Numbered from the stretch's first letter, positions 29,164 to 40,781 are shown. The stretch: 64,000 nt of DNA from Sedimentisphaerales bacterium (GCA_040772485.1 JAXGYC010000008.1:512001-576000); one strand, 5' to 3'. Notes: generated from the letters alone by a model not told the origin. Program-made: numbers and translations.

Positions 29164-29916
29164 ATGGACCAGATCAAGGCCGTTCTGTTTGACCTCGGAG
29201 AGACCCTGCTGAGCTTCGGCAAGTTCAGCAAGACCAGGTTGATCCTGCAGGGGGCGCGGTCGTCGTACGACTACCTGAAGAACCAGGAGCAGCCCGTCGG
29301 GAGTTTCGCGGGGTATTTCCTGCGTTATCTTGTGCGGCTGCGCGTGCGCTACTTCCTGGCCGAATTCCGGGGCAAAGACTTCGATTCGCTGGCCCTGCTC
29401 CAGCGGATCGGACGCACGGAGGGCATCGATTTGCCCCGCGAGCAGTGGGAGGAGGTGATCTGGCGCTGGTACGAGCCGCTCAGCGTCCTGGCCGAGACGG
29501 AGCCCGACCTGCACGAAACCCTGGCCCATCTGAAAGGAGCGGGTCTGAAGCTGGGCATCGTCTCGAACACGTTCGTGAGCCGCGTCTCGCTCGACAGACA
29601 ACTGGAGAGTCTGCGTCTTCTCGATTTCTTTCCCATGCGATTGTACTCGTATGAACTGGCGATGCGCAAACCCGATCCGCGTCTGTTCCGCATCGCGTCC
29701 GAGCAGATCGGCGAAGCTCCGGCGCGCATTCTCTTCGTCGGGGACCGCATCGACATGGATGTCCGGCCCGCACTCGATTGCGGCATGGCCGCCGCGCTGA
29801 AGGACGCGCACACCAACCGGGGCAAACCGACCCCCGCCGGAGCGCACCGAATTCGCCATCTGGCGGAATTGCCCGCCCTGATCGAACGCACTAACAGTAA
29901 GCCCAAAGCGGGTTGA
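29164..29916 (+). CDS. HAD-superfamily hydrolase
   Basis: AVLFDLGETL, GIVSN, RKPDPRLF, FVGDRIDMD; alternative start 29131. Confidence 0.88.
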   Translation: MDQIKAVLFDLGETLLSFGKFSKTRLILQGARSSYDYLKNQEQPVGSFAGYFLRYLVRLRVRYFLAEFRGKDFDSLALLQRIGRTEGIDLPREQWEEVIWRWYEPLSVLAETEPDLHETLAHLKGAGLKLGIVSNTFVSRVSLDRQLESLRLLDFFPMRLYSYELAMRKPDPRLFRIASEQIGEAPARILFVGDRIDMDVRPALDCGMAAALKDAHTNRGKPTPAGAHRIRHLAELPALIERTNSKPKAG

Positions 29917-29941
29917 CACCTGTTGGGTTACCCCATACTAT
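29913..29941 (+). promoter_or_regulatory. Putative sigma70 promoter for trxA-trxB
   Basis: TTGACA-17bp-TACTAT. Confidence 0.6.
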
Positions 29942-29992
29942 CGCGGCTCGACCACCAATTCGACAGACGCCTTATCTTCGAGGAGAACAAGG

Positions 29993-30328
29993 ATGGCTAC
30001 AGGCAAGACGATTGAAGTGACCGATGCCGATTTCGCCAGTGAGGTCCTGGATTCCGACGTCCCCGTGATCGTGGATTTCTGGGCGCCGTGGTGTGGCCCG
30101 TGCCGGATGGCGGCCCCCGTGCTGGAGAAGATCGCCGAAGAATACGACGGACAACTGAAGGTCTGCAAGGTCAACATCGACGACCAGCGCGAAGTGGCGA
30201 CCCAGTTCGGCATCATGAGCATCCCCACGATGTTCGTGTTCGACAGCGGCCAGCTCGTCGACCAGATCACCGGGGTGACTCCGAGTTTCGAAACCGACCT
30301 CAAGCGAAAGATCGAGCCGTACCTGTAG
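29993..30328 (+). CDS. trxA: Thioredoxin
   Basis: DFWAPWCGPC, SIPT. Confidence 0.97.
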   Translation: MATGKTIEVTDADFASEVLDSDVPVIVDFWAPWCGPCRMAAPVLEKIAEEYDGQLKVCKVNIDDQREVATQFGIMSIPTMFVFDSGQLVDQITGVTPSFETDLKRKIEPYL

Positions 30329-30330
30329 AA

Positions 30331-30419
30331 GAGGCAGAGAGCAAAGCGAAAAGACTAAGGAGGTCATCCGCCTTCGGCGGATTCCGCCATTTTGACTCTT
30401 ACATTTTGACCTTTGATTT
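30331..30419. repeat. Degenerate heptamer-periodic inverted element with central hairpin
   Basis: A-rich left arm, ATCCGCC-TTC-GGCGGAT hairpin, right arm TTTTGAC TCTTACA TTTTGAC CTTTGAT. Confidence 0.6.
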
Positions 30420-30431
30420 GTGGCGCATGTT

Positions 30432-31430
30432 ATGGCTGAGACGACTCATGACGTAATCATCATCGGCGCCGGGCCGGCGGGCCTTGGCGCCGGCCTGTAC
30501 ACCGCCCGGGACCGGCTGGACACGCTGATTCTTGAGAAGTTCATGCCGGGCGGCCAGATCAACAACACCGACCGCATCGAGAACTATCCCGGCATCGAGA
30601 AGATCGATGGGCCGGGTCTGATCGAGAGCATGCAGAAACAGGTCGAGAGCTTCGGCGCCCGGATCGAGAACGGCGCCGACGTCGAGCGCCTGGAGAAGCT
30701 CCAGAACGGACATATCGCCGTTCACGCGGGTAAGAACACCTACGTCGCGCGCGCGGTGATTCTCTCGCCGGGAAGCAGCTACCGCAAGCTGGGCGTGCCC
30801 GGCGAGGAGGAGTTCCGCAACGCCGGAGCGGGCGTCAGCTACTGCGGCACCTGCGATGCGCCGTTCTTCCGCGACCGGGAAGTCGTCTCGGTCGGCGGGG
30901 GCAACACCGCACTCGAGGAAACGCTGCACCTGACCAAATATGCGAACAAGGTGACGTTGATTCACCGGCGCAACGAATTCCGCGCCGAGAAGATCCTCGT
31001 CGAAGAGCTGCTCGCGAAGGCCAACGAGCCGAATTCGAATCTCGTGATCAAGTACGACACGGTCGCCACAGCCATCGGAGGGCAGGGCAAGGTCCAGTCG
31101 GTCAAGCTCAAGAACGTCAAAACGAACGCAGAAGAATCGTATGCCTGCGACGGCGTCTTCATCTTCGTCGGCATGATCCCCAATACGGACTTCCTCAAGG
31201 GCTTCGTGGAGCTGACGGACGCCGGCTTCATCCGATGCGACTGCGCGTACCTGCGGACGAGCGTTCCCGGCGTCTTTGCGGCGGGGGACTGCCGGATCGG
31301 CGCGGCGATGCAGCTCGTCACCGCGGTCGCCGACGGCGTCAACGCCGCGATGCAATTGAAGCAGTACTTCCGCGATCCCGGCTGGTGGAATACGCCCGTC
31401 AGCGACATGCTCAGCCCCGGCGGCTGGTGA
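30432..31430 (+). CDS. trxB: Thioredoxin-disulfide reductase
   Basis: GAGPAG, ENYPG, GVSYCGTCD, GGGNTA, TSVPGVFAAGD. Confidence 0.95.
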   Translation: MAETTHDVIIIGAGPAGLGAGLYTARDRLDTLILEKFMPGGQINNTDRIENYPGIEKIDGPGLIESMQKQVESFGARIENGADVERLEKLQNGHIAVHAGKNTYVARAVILSPGSSYRKLGVPGEEEFRNAGAGVSYCGTCDAPFFRDREVVSVGGGNTALEETLHLTKYANKVTLIHRRNEFRAEKILVEELLAKANEPNSNLVIKYDTVATAIGGQGKVQSVKLKNVKTNAEESYACDGVFIFVGMIPNTDFLKGFVELTDAGFIRCDCAYLRTSVPGVFAAGDCRIGAAMQLVTAVADGVNAAMQLKQYFRDPGWWNTPVSDMLSPGGW

Positions 31431-31472
31431 GAGAACACCGAGCCATACGACCCATGGGACCCATGGGACCTC

Positions 31473-33005
31473 TCACCAGAAGATGACGTAGAAGACCGCG
31501 ACCGCCGCCAGCACGATGAAGGCCGCGATCTTCACCTCGGGCGCCGTCCGCGTGTCCAGGTCCTCGCGGACAGGCAGCACCCTTGGCTTGTCCAGCGGCT
31601 TGAGTAGTGTGATCAATCCCATGATCGCCACCACGATCGCGAAGGTCAGAGCGACCTGGATCAGGAAGTGCAGTCCGCCGGCAAACTTCTGGAAGAGCCA
31701 GTAGACGATCGGGCCACAGATCAGGGCCGCCACGCCTGCGGCGCCGGGGGCCTTCGGAACTACCATTCCGAAGAGAAAGGCCGCCACCACGCCGGGCCAG
31801 ATGTAGCCCTGGTTGTTCTGGATGAACTGGAACACGCCGCCGAATCTCGGATCGGCCAGAACCGGCGCCAGCAGACAGCCGGCGACCAGGAAGACGGCCG
31901 TCGCCACGCGACCCAGGATGAGCAGCCGTCTCTGAGAGGCCTTCGGATCGAGCATCCTCCGGTAGACGTCCATCGTGAAGATCGTCGAGGCCGAGTTCAA
32001 CATGGACGCCAGCGAGCTGATGACCGCGCCGGCGATGGCTGCGAGCATGAACCCGCGCAGGCCCGCCGGAATCAGGTTGCGGATCAGCGTCGGAAACGCC
32101 TCGTCGGCCGCCGTCATCTGATCGCCGTAGAGCTGATACGACATGATGCCCGGCAGCACGATGGCGAACGGAATCAACAGCCACAATGCACCGGCGAAGA
32201 TCACCCCGAGCTGCCCGTCCCGGAGGGTCCTGGCCGCCAGGTTCCGTTGCACGATGAACTGGTTCAAGCCGCAATAGTAGATCTCTACGATCCACATACC
32301 GGAGAGCACACCCGTCCAGGGCAGCCCCTCGTGGCTCGCCGGCAGGACCATGTGCAGCTTGTCGGCGTTGACGGTTGAGAACTGCTCCCAGCCGCCGCAG
32401 GCGCGCAGGCCCAGGAAGAACGTGACGATGCCGCCGATCAATAGTGCGCCGCCCTGGAACAGATCCGCCCAGGCCACCGCCTTGAGCCCGCCCCAGACGG
32501 TGTAGATGGCGGCGATCGAGCCGATCAGCCAGATGCCTTTCGTCAGACCGACGCCGAAGATCTTGTTCAAAGTCAGGCCGCCGGAATAGAGCACCGCCGC
32601 CAGCAGCACGGCGACGTAGATCACCACGGTGGTCAGCGCCATGAGCGCCCGCGCCGCCGAGTTGTAGCGGTATTCCAGGTACTCGGGCATGGTGTAGATG
32701 CCCGCCTTGAGGAAGCGGGGCAGAAGCGTGAAGGCGATCGCGATGATGCCGATGCTGCCGAACAACTGCCAGTTGCTCACCGCCAGACCGATGCTGCCGG
32801 CGCCCTGGCCGGCCATGCCGACGAACTGCTCGGTGGAGATGTTGGCCGCCACAATGGAAAGCCCGATGAGCGGCCAGGTCAGGCCGCGACCGGCCAGGAA
32901 GTAATCCTCGCTGGTCTTCTCGCGCCGGCTCTTGAACATGCTGAAGGCGACGACCACGCCGATGAACGCCAGAAAGACACCGATGTCGAAGGGATTCAGA
33001 TCCAT
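31473..33005 (-). CDS. Sodium:solute (sugar) symporter, SSS family
   Basis: EDYFLAGR, ANISTEQFVG, TMPEYLEYRY, NQFIVQRNLAA; many TM helices. Confidence 0.93.
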   Translation of the reverse strand: MDLNPFDIGVFLAFIGVVVAFSMFKSRREKTSEDYFLAGRGLTWPLIGLSIVAANISTEQFVGMAGQGAGSIGLAVSNWQLFGSIGIIAIAFTLLPRFLKAGIYTMPEYLEYRYNSAARALMALTTVVIYVAVLLAAVLYSGGLTLNKIFGVGLTKGIWLIGSIAAIYTVWGGLKAVAWADLFQGGALLIGGIVTFFLGLRACGGWEQFSTVNADKLHMVLPASHEGLPWTGVLSGMWIVEIYYCGLNQFIVQRNLAARTLRDGQLGVIFAGALWLLIPFAIVLPGIMSYQLYGDQMTAADEAFPTLIRNLIPAGLRGFMLAAIAGAVISSLASMLNSASTIFTMDVYRRMLDPKASQRRLLILGRVATAVFLVAGCLLAPVLADPRFGGVFQFIQNNQGYIWPGVVAAFLFGMVVPKAPGAAGVAALICGPIVYWLFQKFAGGLHFLIQVALTFAIVVAIMGLITLLKPLDKPRVLPVREDLDTRTAPEVKIAAFIVLAAVAVFYVIFW

Positions 33006-33142
33006 GCGTCAGCCCATCCAAGAAGCCGGTCTCGGGACAACCGTGACGCCATTATAAAGGTCGCCGCTCCGGCCTCAACGATAAAGCCCTTCAGCAACGC
33101 CGCCGTGTGTGTGCACCGCCATTCCTGAGTCATTGAAGGGTC

Positions 33143-33261
33143 TGTGTGGCAGCCTCAGACGCCTTGGCGTCTGGGGATGGGCGAAAGCGTCGGCGTCCCT
33201 GGATATACAAGGCGAGATCGTATCCGCCATCCCCAAGGCTGCGCCTTGAGGCTGCCACACA
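33143..33261. repeat. REP inverted doublet (GTGGCAG-hairpin-ATGG family)
   Basis: TGTGTGGCAGCCTCAGACGCCTTGGCGTCTGGGGATGG ... CCATCCCCAAGGCTGCGCCTTGAGGCTGCCACACA. Confidence 0.8.
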
Positions 33262-33642
33262 CATGCCAGCGGGGCGGTCGGCAAGCAGCCACGAACCGGC
33301 ACGCTTCTCGGCCACCACTGAATTACGACCGGTAATATGCGCCGATCTGAGAATCGCTTCGCACCTTTCAACCGTCGAGGCACGCTGGCGCCGGCGCCAC
33401 GCCTGTCCAGCCGGAAGGCCGCCCCGTCGAAATGGAGTCGCCCCCCGCAAGTGCCGATAGGACTCCCATAGCGGCAACTGTGGAAAGTTGCCTGGGGGCC
33501 ACAAGGACAGGCCATCACACCCCCGACGAACGTCGGGACAGCAGGAGGCGGGTGGCAGCCTTAGGTGCAGCACAGGACAGGCTCGGCGCTGGGAGCCTCC
33601 CCCAAGACAGCGTGATCGAGAAGCATGGAAAGGCAGCACCTT

Positions 33643-34536
33643 ATGACGAATCAGTTCGAGCAGCGGCTTGACAGAAGGCAGTTTCTCAAGACGGCGCTGG
33701 CCGTAGCCGGAGGGATCACCACATTCGGGGTCAATCCGAGCTTCGCCGGTGCCGGCCAGGAGCCGGCGCATTGGGCGCTTCTCTCGGATACCCACATCGC
33801 GGGCGACCCCGACCACAAGTTCTTAGGCTTCTGCCCCTATCAGAACCTGCGGGAGATCTGCCATCAGATTGAGGCCCGTCCGCCGGACGGCCTCGTGGTC
33901 ACCGGTGACCTCGCCCGATTGAGGGGCCATGCGGAGGACTACAAGAACCTGCGCGAGCTGGTCGCGCCCATCGCCCGGAAACGCCCGATCCACCTGGCCA
34001 CGGGCAATCACGACGACCGCGAGAACCTCCTGCACGCATTCCAGAAACCCAACTACCCCACCTGGACCGTCAACGGAAAGCACATGCTCACCGTCGACGC
34101 CGGCCCGGTGAAGCTGATCGTCCTCGATTCACTTCTCTTCGTGGACCTGCCCTGGGGCCGTCTGGGCAAAGGGCAGCGCAGGTGGCTGGAGATGTATCTC
34201 CACGCCTGCGACGAGGCGCCGGTGGTCTTGATGCTGCACCATCCGGTCCTCGGCATGGACGCGCTCTGGGACGCCAAGTCGCTCCTCAAGATCGTCAAGC
34301 CGATGGCGAAGGTCAAGGCCATCGTGTACGGACATTCGCACCGGTTTGCCTTCTCCGAGTACGAAGGCATTCACCTGATCAACCTTCCGGCCACCGGCTT
34401 CACCGGGTACAGCAGCCAGCCCGTCGGATGGGTCGAAGCTCGTCTGGCGAAAGACGAAGGTCTGTTCACCCTGCATGCGCTTGAGGGCAACACACGGCTG
34501 AACGGCCAGACCACTCGCCTGCGCTGGAGAAGCTGA
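33643..34536 (+). CDS. Tat-exported metallophosphoesterase (CpdA/Icc-like)
   Basis: DRRQFLK Tat motif; SDTH, TGDL, GNHD, LHHP, GHSH; alternative start 33625. Confidence 0.87.
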   Translation: MTNQFEQRLDRRQFLKTALAVAGGITTFGVNPSFAGAGQEPAHWALLSDTHIAGDPDHKFLGFCPYQNLREICHQIEARPPDGLVVTGDLARLRGHAEDYKNLRELVAPIARKRPIHLATGNHDDRENLLHAFQKPNYPTWTVNGKHMLTVDAGPVKLIVLDSLLFVDLPWGRLGKGQRRWLEMYLHACDEAPVVLMLHHPVLGMDALWDAKSLLKIVKPMAKVKAIVYGHSHRFAFSEYEGIHLINLPATGFTGYSSQPVGWVEARLAKDEGLFTLHALEGNTRLNGQTTRLRWRS

Positions 34537-34628
34537 AGACCGGCTGCACCGAGGGAAGGCGGCATCGCACAGGAATGAGCACGGATGCGGAAGGTGGGGG
34601 GATAGCAGGCCGCAGGGACTGTTCCGGC

Positions 34629-34919
34629 CTACAGTTCGTCCGGCTGACGGACATGGATGCGGACGTTCTCTCGGTAGACCTCCGTGTCGTCCTGACTGGC
34701 CCGGTCGATCTGACTCTGGGCCCAGAAGATCCGAAGAGCCGTCACCCCGCAGCCGAGACCTGCGACGAAGAACACCGCGGCCGCCAGGTACGCGAAGAAC
34801 TCCGGCAGAGCCGCGATCAGGACGCCAAACCCGATCAGCAGAAGTCCCACGATCATGATCGCGCTGGCCACGCTGCGCGACGCTCGCGAAAGGGTGTTCG
34901 AGTAGAAACGAAACATCAT
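34629..34919 (-). CDS. Small two-TM membrane protein, unknown function
   Basis: AAGGAG RBS; two hydrophobic helices; GC3-rich codons. Confidence 0.7.
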   Translation of the reverse strand: MMFRFYSNTLSRASRSVASAIMIVGLLLIGFGVLIAALPEFFAYLAAAVFFVAGLGCGVTALRIFWAQSQIDRASQDDTEVYRENVRIHVRQPDEL

Positions 34920-34948
34920 TTTCGGTACTCCTTCCTGCGAAGTGTACG

Positions 34949-34980
34949 AAAAAGGAGCGGGTCCCGTTCGGGACCCGCTC
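34949..34980 (-). terminator. Intrinsic terminator after groEL
   Basis: GAGCGGGTCCC-GAAC-GGGACCCGCTC followed by CTTTTT. Confidence 0.8.
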
Positions 34981-34996
34981 GGCATTCGTCTCTCGG

Positions 34997-36634
<1,638 letters not shown>

Positions 36635-36687
36635 TCATTTCTCGTCGATCCGAGTGCGTGATGCTTCGTTTCGTTGCCTTCGGCGGT

Positions 36688-36978
36688 CTACTTCTCGATC
36701 ACGGCCATGACGTCCGACTCGTCCATGATCAGGTACTCTTTGCCGTCGACCTTGATCTCGGTGCCGGCGTAGCTGGTGAACAGCACCAGATCACCCTTCT
36801 TGAGCTGGACCTCTCGCCGGGTGCCGTCTTCGAGCAGTCTGCCTTCGCCCACGTTGACGATTTTGCCTCTCTGGGGCTTCTCCTTGGCCGTATCCGGCAG
36901 CACGATCCCGCCGGCCGTCTTCGACTCCGCCTCAACGCGCTCAACCAGCACTTTATCCGCCAATGGTCGAATGTTCAT
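36688..36978 (-). CDS. groS: Co-chaperonin GroES
   Basis: [38 protein letters not shown]. Confidence 0.98.
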   Translation of the reverse strand: MNIRPLADKVLVERVEAESKTAGGIVLPDTAKEKPQRGKIVNVGEGRLLEDGTRREVQLKKGDLVLFTSYAGTEIKVDGKEYLIMDESDVMAVIEK

Positions 36979-37082
36979 TTGTTCCTACTCCTTTCCACTT
37001 GCATTGCATGGGGTTGACCGTACCATCGTGTCCAAATCTGCGTATATCGCATAACTATCTATTTGCAAACCACTTAGCAGGA

Positions 37083-37502
37083 TCATTGTGCAAAGATGTC
37101 GCTGTTGTACTTCTTCAGGAACAGGCGGTTCAAGAGCTGCTGGAGAACCTCCATGTTGACGGGTTTGCCGATGACGCCGAACACGTCGAGCGCCAGCGCT
37201 CGGCCGAGCACATCCGCGTCGACCCGGCTGGTCAGCAGGATGCAGGGCAGCAGCGGGTAGTCCATCCGGATGATCTTGATCGTCGCCAGCGCGTTGGAGC
37301 GCTCGGAGTCCATGTCGAGGATGGTCGTGTGGATCCGGGTCCTGCCGAGGATATGAACGAATTCGCCGGCGTTCTCGGCGACCATGAGGTTGATGCCCCT
37401 GGGCCTGAAGAGGCTGCGCAGGGCCTCCGGCCAGGCCCAGCTTGCCGCACTGGCCAGGACATTCACGTCGCCGAGTTGTGACCGTTCCATAGACATAGTC
37501 AT
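37083..37502 (-). CDS. Single-domain atypical response-regulator receiver protein
   Basis: ILDMD, PCILLT, GKP motifs; acidic pair after beta1 absent. Confidence 0.8.
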   Translation of the reverse strand: MTMSMERSQLGDVNVLASAASWAWPEALRSLFRPRGINLMVAENAGEFVHILGRTRIHTTILDMDSERSNALATIKIIRMDYPLLPCILLTSRVDADVLGRALALDVFGVIGKPVNMEVLQQLLNRLFLKKYNSDIFAQ

Positions 37503-37520
37503 CCTACCGCAGCCGGAAAG

Positions 37521-37536
37521 TGCAAATGCCGTGCCA
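37521..37536 (-). promoter_or_regulatory. sigma54 (-24/-12) promoter for receiver-groES-groEL
   Basis: TGGCAC-GGCAT-TTGCA, exact consensus. Confidence 0.8.
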
Positions 37537-37617
37537 ACGGCTGGACCCGCCGACGGGTCGCCCGTAAACCATATACTGACAACGTGTTACGACACGGCGC
37601 CCAACGAGGCGTCCCTC

Positions 37618-37661
37618 TGGCAAAATTGCAGCCTGCTCTCCCCGGCCCTGCCAGCCTGGCA
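37618..37661. promoter_or_regulatory. Putative tandem enhancer palindromes
   Basis: TGGCAAAATTGCA (37618-37630, degenerate) and TGCCAGCCTGGCA (37649-37661). Confidence 0.5.
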
Positions 37662-37776
37662 GCCGCCTCACGCGGGCGGTCCCGCTGCGCCTGGCGCGGA
37701 AACCTGTTGGCAGCAGCCCCCTGATGTGTTAGGAATGGCCCCGAGCACGGGGCAGCTATGGAAGGTCGGTCGAGCT

Positions 37777-38592
37777 ATGGACAAGGTGGTCTTTGCACAG
37801 TCGTGGGAACCGTACTTCGCCCGCTTGGGCCTGAGGACGTTCGACGATTTTCACAGCTACCCCGAGACCGTCGCCGTCAACAGGAATCGCAAGCGCGACG
37901 TCCTGAAACTGACGCTCGGCGAGGGCGCCGACAGGCACGTTTTCTTCATGAAGCGGTTCCATGACCCCCATCTCAAGGACATCCTCGCCACGTGTCGCGG
38001 CCGCAACGGCTTGACCTCGCAGGCTGGCGTGGAGTGGCGGAATTCGCGACATCTGCAAGAAGACGGCATCGGAACCTACCAGGGCGTTTGTATGGGCGAG
38101 CGGACCCGCTGGGGCCTGGAGAAGGCCTCCTTCTTCCTCACCCTGGAGCTCGACGCCGTCTGCCTGCTCGATTTCGTGATGGACAACTGGCAGGTTCTCG
38201 ATCGCGGCCGCCAGGAGAGGATCGTCGTGGCCATAGCCCGCTTCGCCAGGACCCTGCACGGACTGGACATCTCGCTGCCGGACCTGCAACTCTGGCATCT
38301 CTACCTCCACACGGACGGCTCGCTCAGCGTGATCGACCTGCACCGCATGACCTGGCCCGTCCGCAGCCAGGACAAGAAGGCCAGGGACATGGGCCGGCTT
38401 CTCTGGAGCATGCTGCCGGACTACTTTGACGCCGACCATCGGCAACTGCTGCTCGACACGTACTTTGCAGAGCTCGACGGCGCCCGTCGGCAGACCCTGG
38501 TCCGCCGCATCGAACGGTTCGAGGCGACCTTCAACCGCCGCCACACCGCCCGCCGCTACTACAAGACCACCCAAAACCAGTCCGCTCGCTGA
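37777..38592 (+). CDS. Lipopolysaccharide kinase (WaaP/InaA/Kdo family)
   Basis: FFMKRF, AGVEWRN, LH...PDLQLWHLY, IDLHRM kinase-like motifs. Confidence 0.78.
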   Translation: MDKVVFAQSWEPYFARLGLRTFDDFHSYPETVAVNRNRKRDVLKLTLGEGADRHVFFMKRFHDPHLKDILATCRGRNGLTSQAGVEWRNSRHLQEDGIGTYQGVCMGERTRWGLEKASFFLTLELDAVCLLDFVMDNWQVLDRGRQERIVVAIARFARTLHGLDISLPDLQLWHLYLHTDGSLSVIDLHRMTWPVRSQDKKARDMGRLLWSMLPDYFDADHRQLLLDTYFAELDGARRQTLVRRIERFEATFNRRHTARRYYKTTQNQSAR

Positions 38593-38700
38593 TAGTATGC
38601 CGGGAGGCTTGCGACACCTTCCGGTCTTCGCCCGCGATGCACACCGGCAGATGGCCGGTTTACCCTGCGCGATGAGCGCCGATCGTGATAGAACAGTGTC

Positions 38701-38931
38701 ATGGATAGGATGGAACGACAACGTGTCCGACAGTGGATCCTGAACTGGGAGGCAGCGGGGGCCATGCTGGAGCAGGCCCGCGTCAGAGCCATCCGAGAAA
38801 CAGACACCGCCACGGCAATCGAGCAGCTTTCCGACGCCTTCGAATCCGCCCGGCTTCACTGGCAACCCCCAACCACCTCAGGCCTGGTGGAGCAGCAACG
38901 CCTGTTTGCGAGGCTGCGCGGTAAGCCATAG
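38701..38931 (+). CDS. Small hypothetical protein (antitoxin-like; family often paired with nucleotidyltransferases)
   Basis: WEAAGAMLEQ...SGLVEQQRLF; helical 76 aa; family association is from recollection. Confidence 0.55.
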   Translation: MDRMERQRVRQWILNWEAAGAMLEQARVRAIRETDTATAIEQLSDAFESARLHWQPPTTSGLVEQQRLFARLRGKP

Positions 38932-38947
38932 CAATCGCGAGGACCGA

Positions 38948-39047
38948 TCAGCGGATCAGCTTGATGATCTCCTGGAGGTCGTTGGGAGCTTCGATGGGGG
39001 CGTTGCTGAACTGACCCTGGTTGTCCTTGTGGTAGTTGACGGTGACG
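38948..39047 (-). pseudogene. Diverged duplicate of the thrC 3' end
   Basis: Encodes [32 protein letters not shown] versus thr[33 protein letters not shown]. Confidence 0.9.
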
Positions 39048-39130
39048 CAACGCCCGAATCAGATGTGGATATCCTGGTCCTGTTCAATCAAGCTCAAGGA
39101 ATCGAGAGCACGGGAGATGCGCAGGTCTGA
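39041..39130 (+). pseudogene. Fragment of a minimal nucleotidyltransferase (MNT) gene
   Basis: GDATPESDVDILVLF is the GD-x4-SDxD motif, lacking the upstream GS motif and a start. Confidence 0.55.
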
Positions 39131-39576
39131 GTCCTGGTGTTGCGAACCCCGTCATCCCGTAACGCAGACGGGAGAAACGACCAAATGGAAGAGCTCAAGC
39201 GATGTCCCTCATGTGGATTCACATATGCGTTTGATGGTAGGACGTGCCACCACTGCGGATATCCGGACAAAACCTCTGAGGCGAATCGGGGGACGCCTCG
39301 AAAGTGCCGGTCGAAGCCGGCAGACGGTTGTGGATGCAAGAGGCGCACGAGAGAGGAACAGCGAACCATCTTGGCCCCGAGTCATGCGCCGAGGCGGGTA
39401 GCCGTCTGGGCGAAGCGGTCACGGGGGACAGATGCGAGCCAGCCATTGAGCTGTCACACCGAAGGGACCATGAGGTGCAATCCCCCCCTGGCGTGTCGAC
39501 CCGCATGGGGCCAAGGGACCGATCCTCATTTTGAGCTTCGGCGAGACTCCGTGAGCCATAGCGGCGGGGCATGCCC

Positions 39577-40731
39577 TCAGCTTTCGATTTGGGCCAGTTC
39601 CGTCAGGGGGATCACGTGGGCGTTCTTGGCCAGACGGTAGGATTCTGTGCCGGGGTAGACGACCCACAGATGTGCGAGCTTCAACTCGTCCAGGGCCGAG
39701 CGCATGGAGGGCGTCATGCGGGGCGCGTCTTGGAACTTCAGTTCGACGCCGCAGAGCCTGCCGCGGCGCTGGAAAACCATATCCAACTCCCCGCCTGTGT
39801 GAACGCCCCAGAAGAAGACCTCCTGCTCCGTCAGACCCAGGTGCTGCACCGTCTGTTCCAGGGCAAAGCCCTCCCAGGAGGCGCCCAGACGCGGGTGGGA
39901 ATGCAGGTCCTCATAGCTCCTCACGTCCATGAGGGTGTGCAGAAGGCCGGAGTCCCGCACGTAGATTTTGGGGCGCTTGACCAGGCGTTTGCGGGTGTTG
40001 TAGAACCACGGCTGCACCTGGCGGACCACGAACGTCTGGGTCAGGACATCGAGATAGTGGCGGGCCGCCGTGTCGGAGACCATCAAGCTTCGACCCACTT
40101 CGCTGGAGTTGAAGATCTGGCCGTGGTAGTGAGAGAGCATCATCCAGAATCGTCGCAAGCGCGGCGCCGGAATCCGAATACCCAGGTTGGGCACATCCCG
40201 TTCCAAGAAGGTCGTCATGAAGTCCTGACGCCACTGAAAGGAGAGTTGATTCGACCGCGCCAGGTAGGCCGGAGGAAAGCCCCCGCGAATCCACAGCTTG
40301 CGAACCTGGCTGGTGGGAAGGGTATCGAGCGAGAAGCCTCCCAGTTCCACGAAGGTGATCCGGCCCGCCAGAGTCTCCGAGCTCTGCCGTAGCAGATCAG
40401 GCGAGGCACTGCCGAGAATGACGTACCGGGCCGATTGCGGGCGATCCACCAGAACGCGCAGCACCGGGAAAAGGTCCGGCCTTCTCTGAATCTCGTCCAG
40501 GATCACAATCCCCCTGAGAGACTCCAAGGCCATCATGGGGTGATCGAGCTTGGCCACGTCCCCCGGGTTCTCCAGATCGAACCACATCAGCTTCTCGGAC
40601 GGCTGCGCGCGGGTAAATTGCCGGGCCAGGGTCGTCTTTCCGCTCTGGCGCGGGCCCAGGATGGCCACCACCTTGAAGGCCTTGAGCCGGCTCGCAAGAA
40701 TCGCCAACTCTTTTGTGCGAAGGATTTCCAC
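39577..40731 (-). CDS. AAA_14 ATPase with DUF4143 domain
   Basis: GPRQSGKTT, LDEIQ, ILGSAS, ETLAGR, RGGFP, KRLVKRPKIYVRDSG, GASWEG, ELD...ELK. Confidence 0.9.
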   Translation of the reverse strand: MEILRTKELAILASRLKAFKVVAILGPRQSGKTTLARQFTRAQPSEKLMWFDLENPGDVAKLDHPMMALESLRGIVILDEIQRRPDLFPVLRVLVDRPQSARYVILGSASPDLLRQSSETLAGRITFVELGGFSLDTLPTSQVRKLWIRGGFPPAYLARSNQLSFQWRQDFMTTFLERDVPNLGIRIPAPRLRRFWMMLSHYHGQIFNSSEVGRSLMVSDTAARHYLDVLTQTFVVRQVQPWFYNTRKRLVKRPKIYVRDSGLLHTLMDVRSYEDLHSHPRLGASWEGFALEQTVQHLGLTEQEVFFWGVHTGGELDMVFQRRGRLCGVELKFQDAPRMTPSMRSALDELKLAHLWVVYPGTESYRLAKNAHVIPLTELAQIES

Positions 40732-40742
40732 GAACAAATGAT

Positions 40743-40781
40743 ACCATGAAATTTCGATGCCTGCAAAGAAATTTTCATGGT
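40743..40781. promoter_or_regulatory. Operator-like inverted repeat upstream of the ATPase
   Basis: ACCATGAAATTTC-N12-GAAATTTTCATGGT. Confidence 0.55.

Noticed and set aside
36979..37082. CIRCE/HrcA operator before groES or dnaK
   Set aside because: No TTAGCACTC-N9-GAGTGCTAA seen
39137..39640. Cys-rich ORF (CPSCG...CHHCG)
   Set aside because: Only the first ~30 codons look like a zinc ribbon; the rest lacks coding bias and overlaps the ATPase end, so probably a remnant
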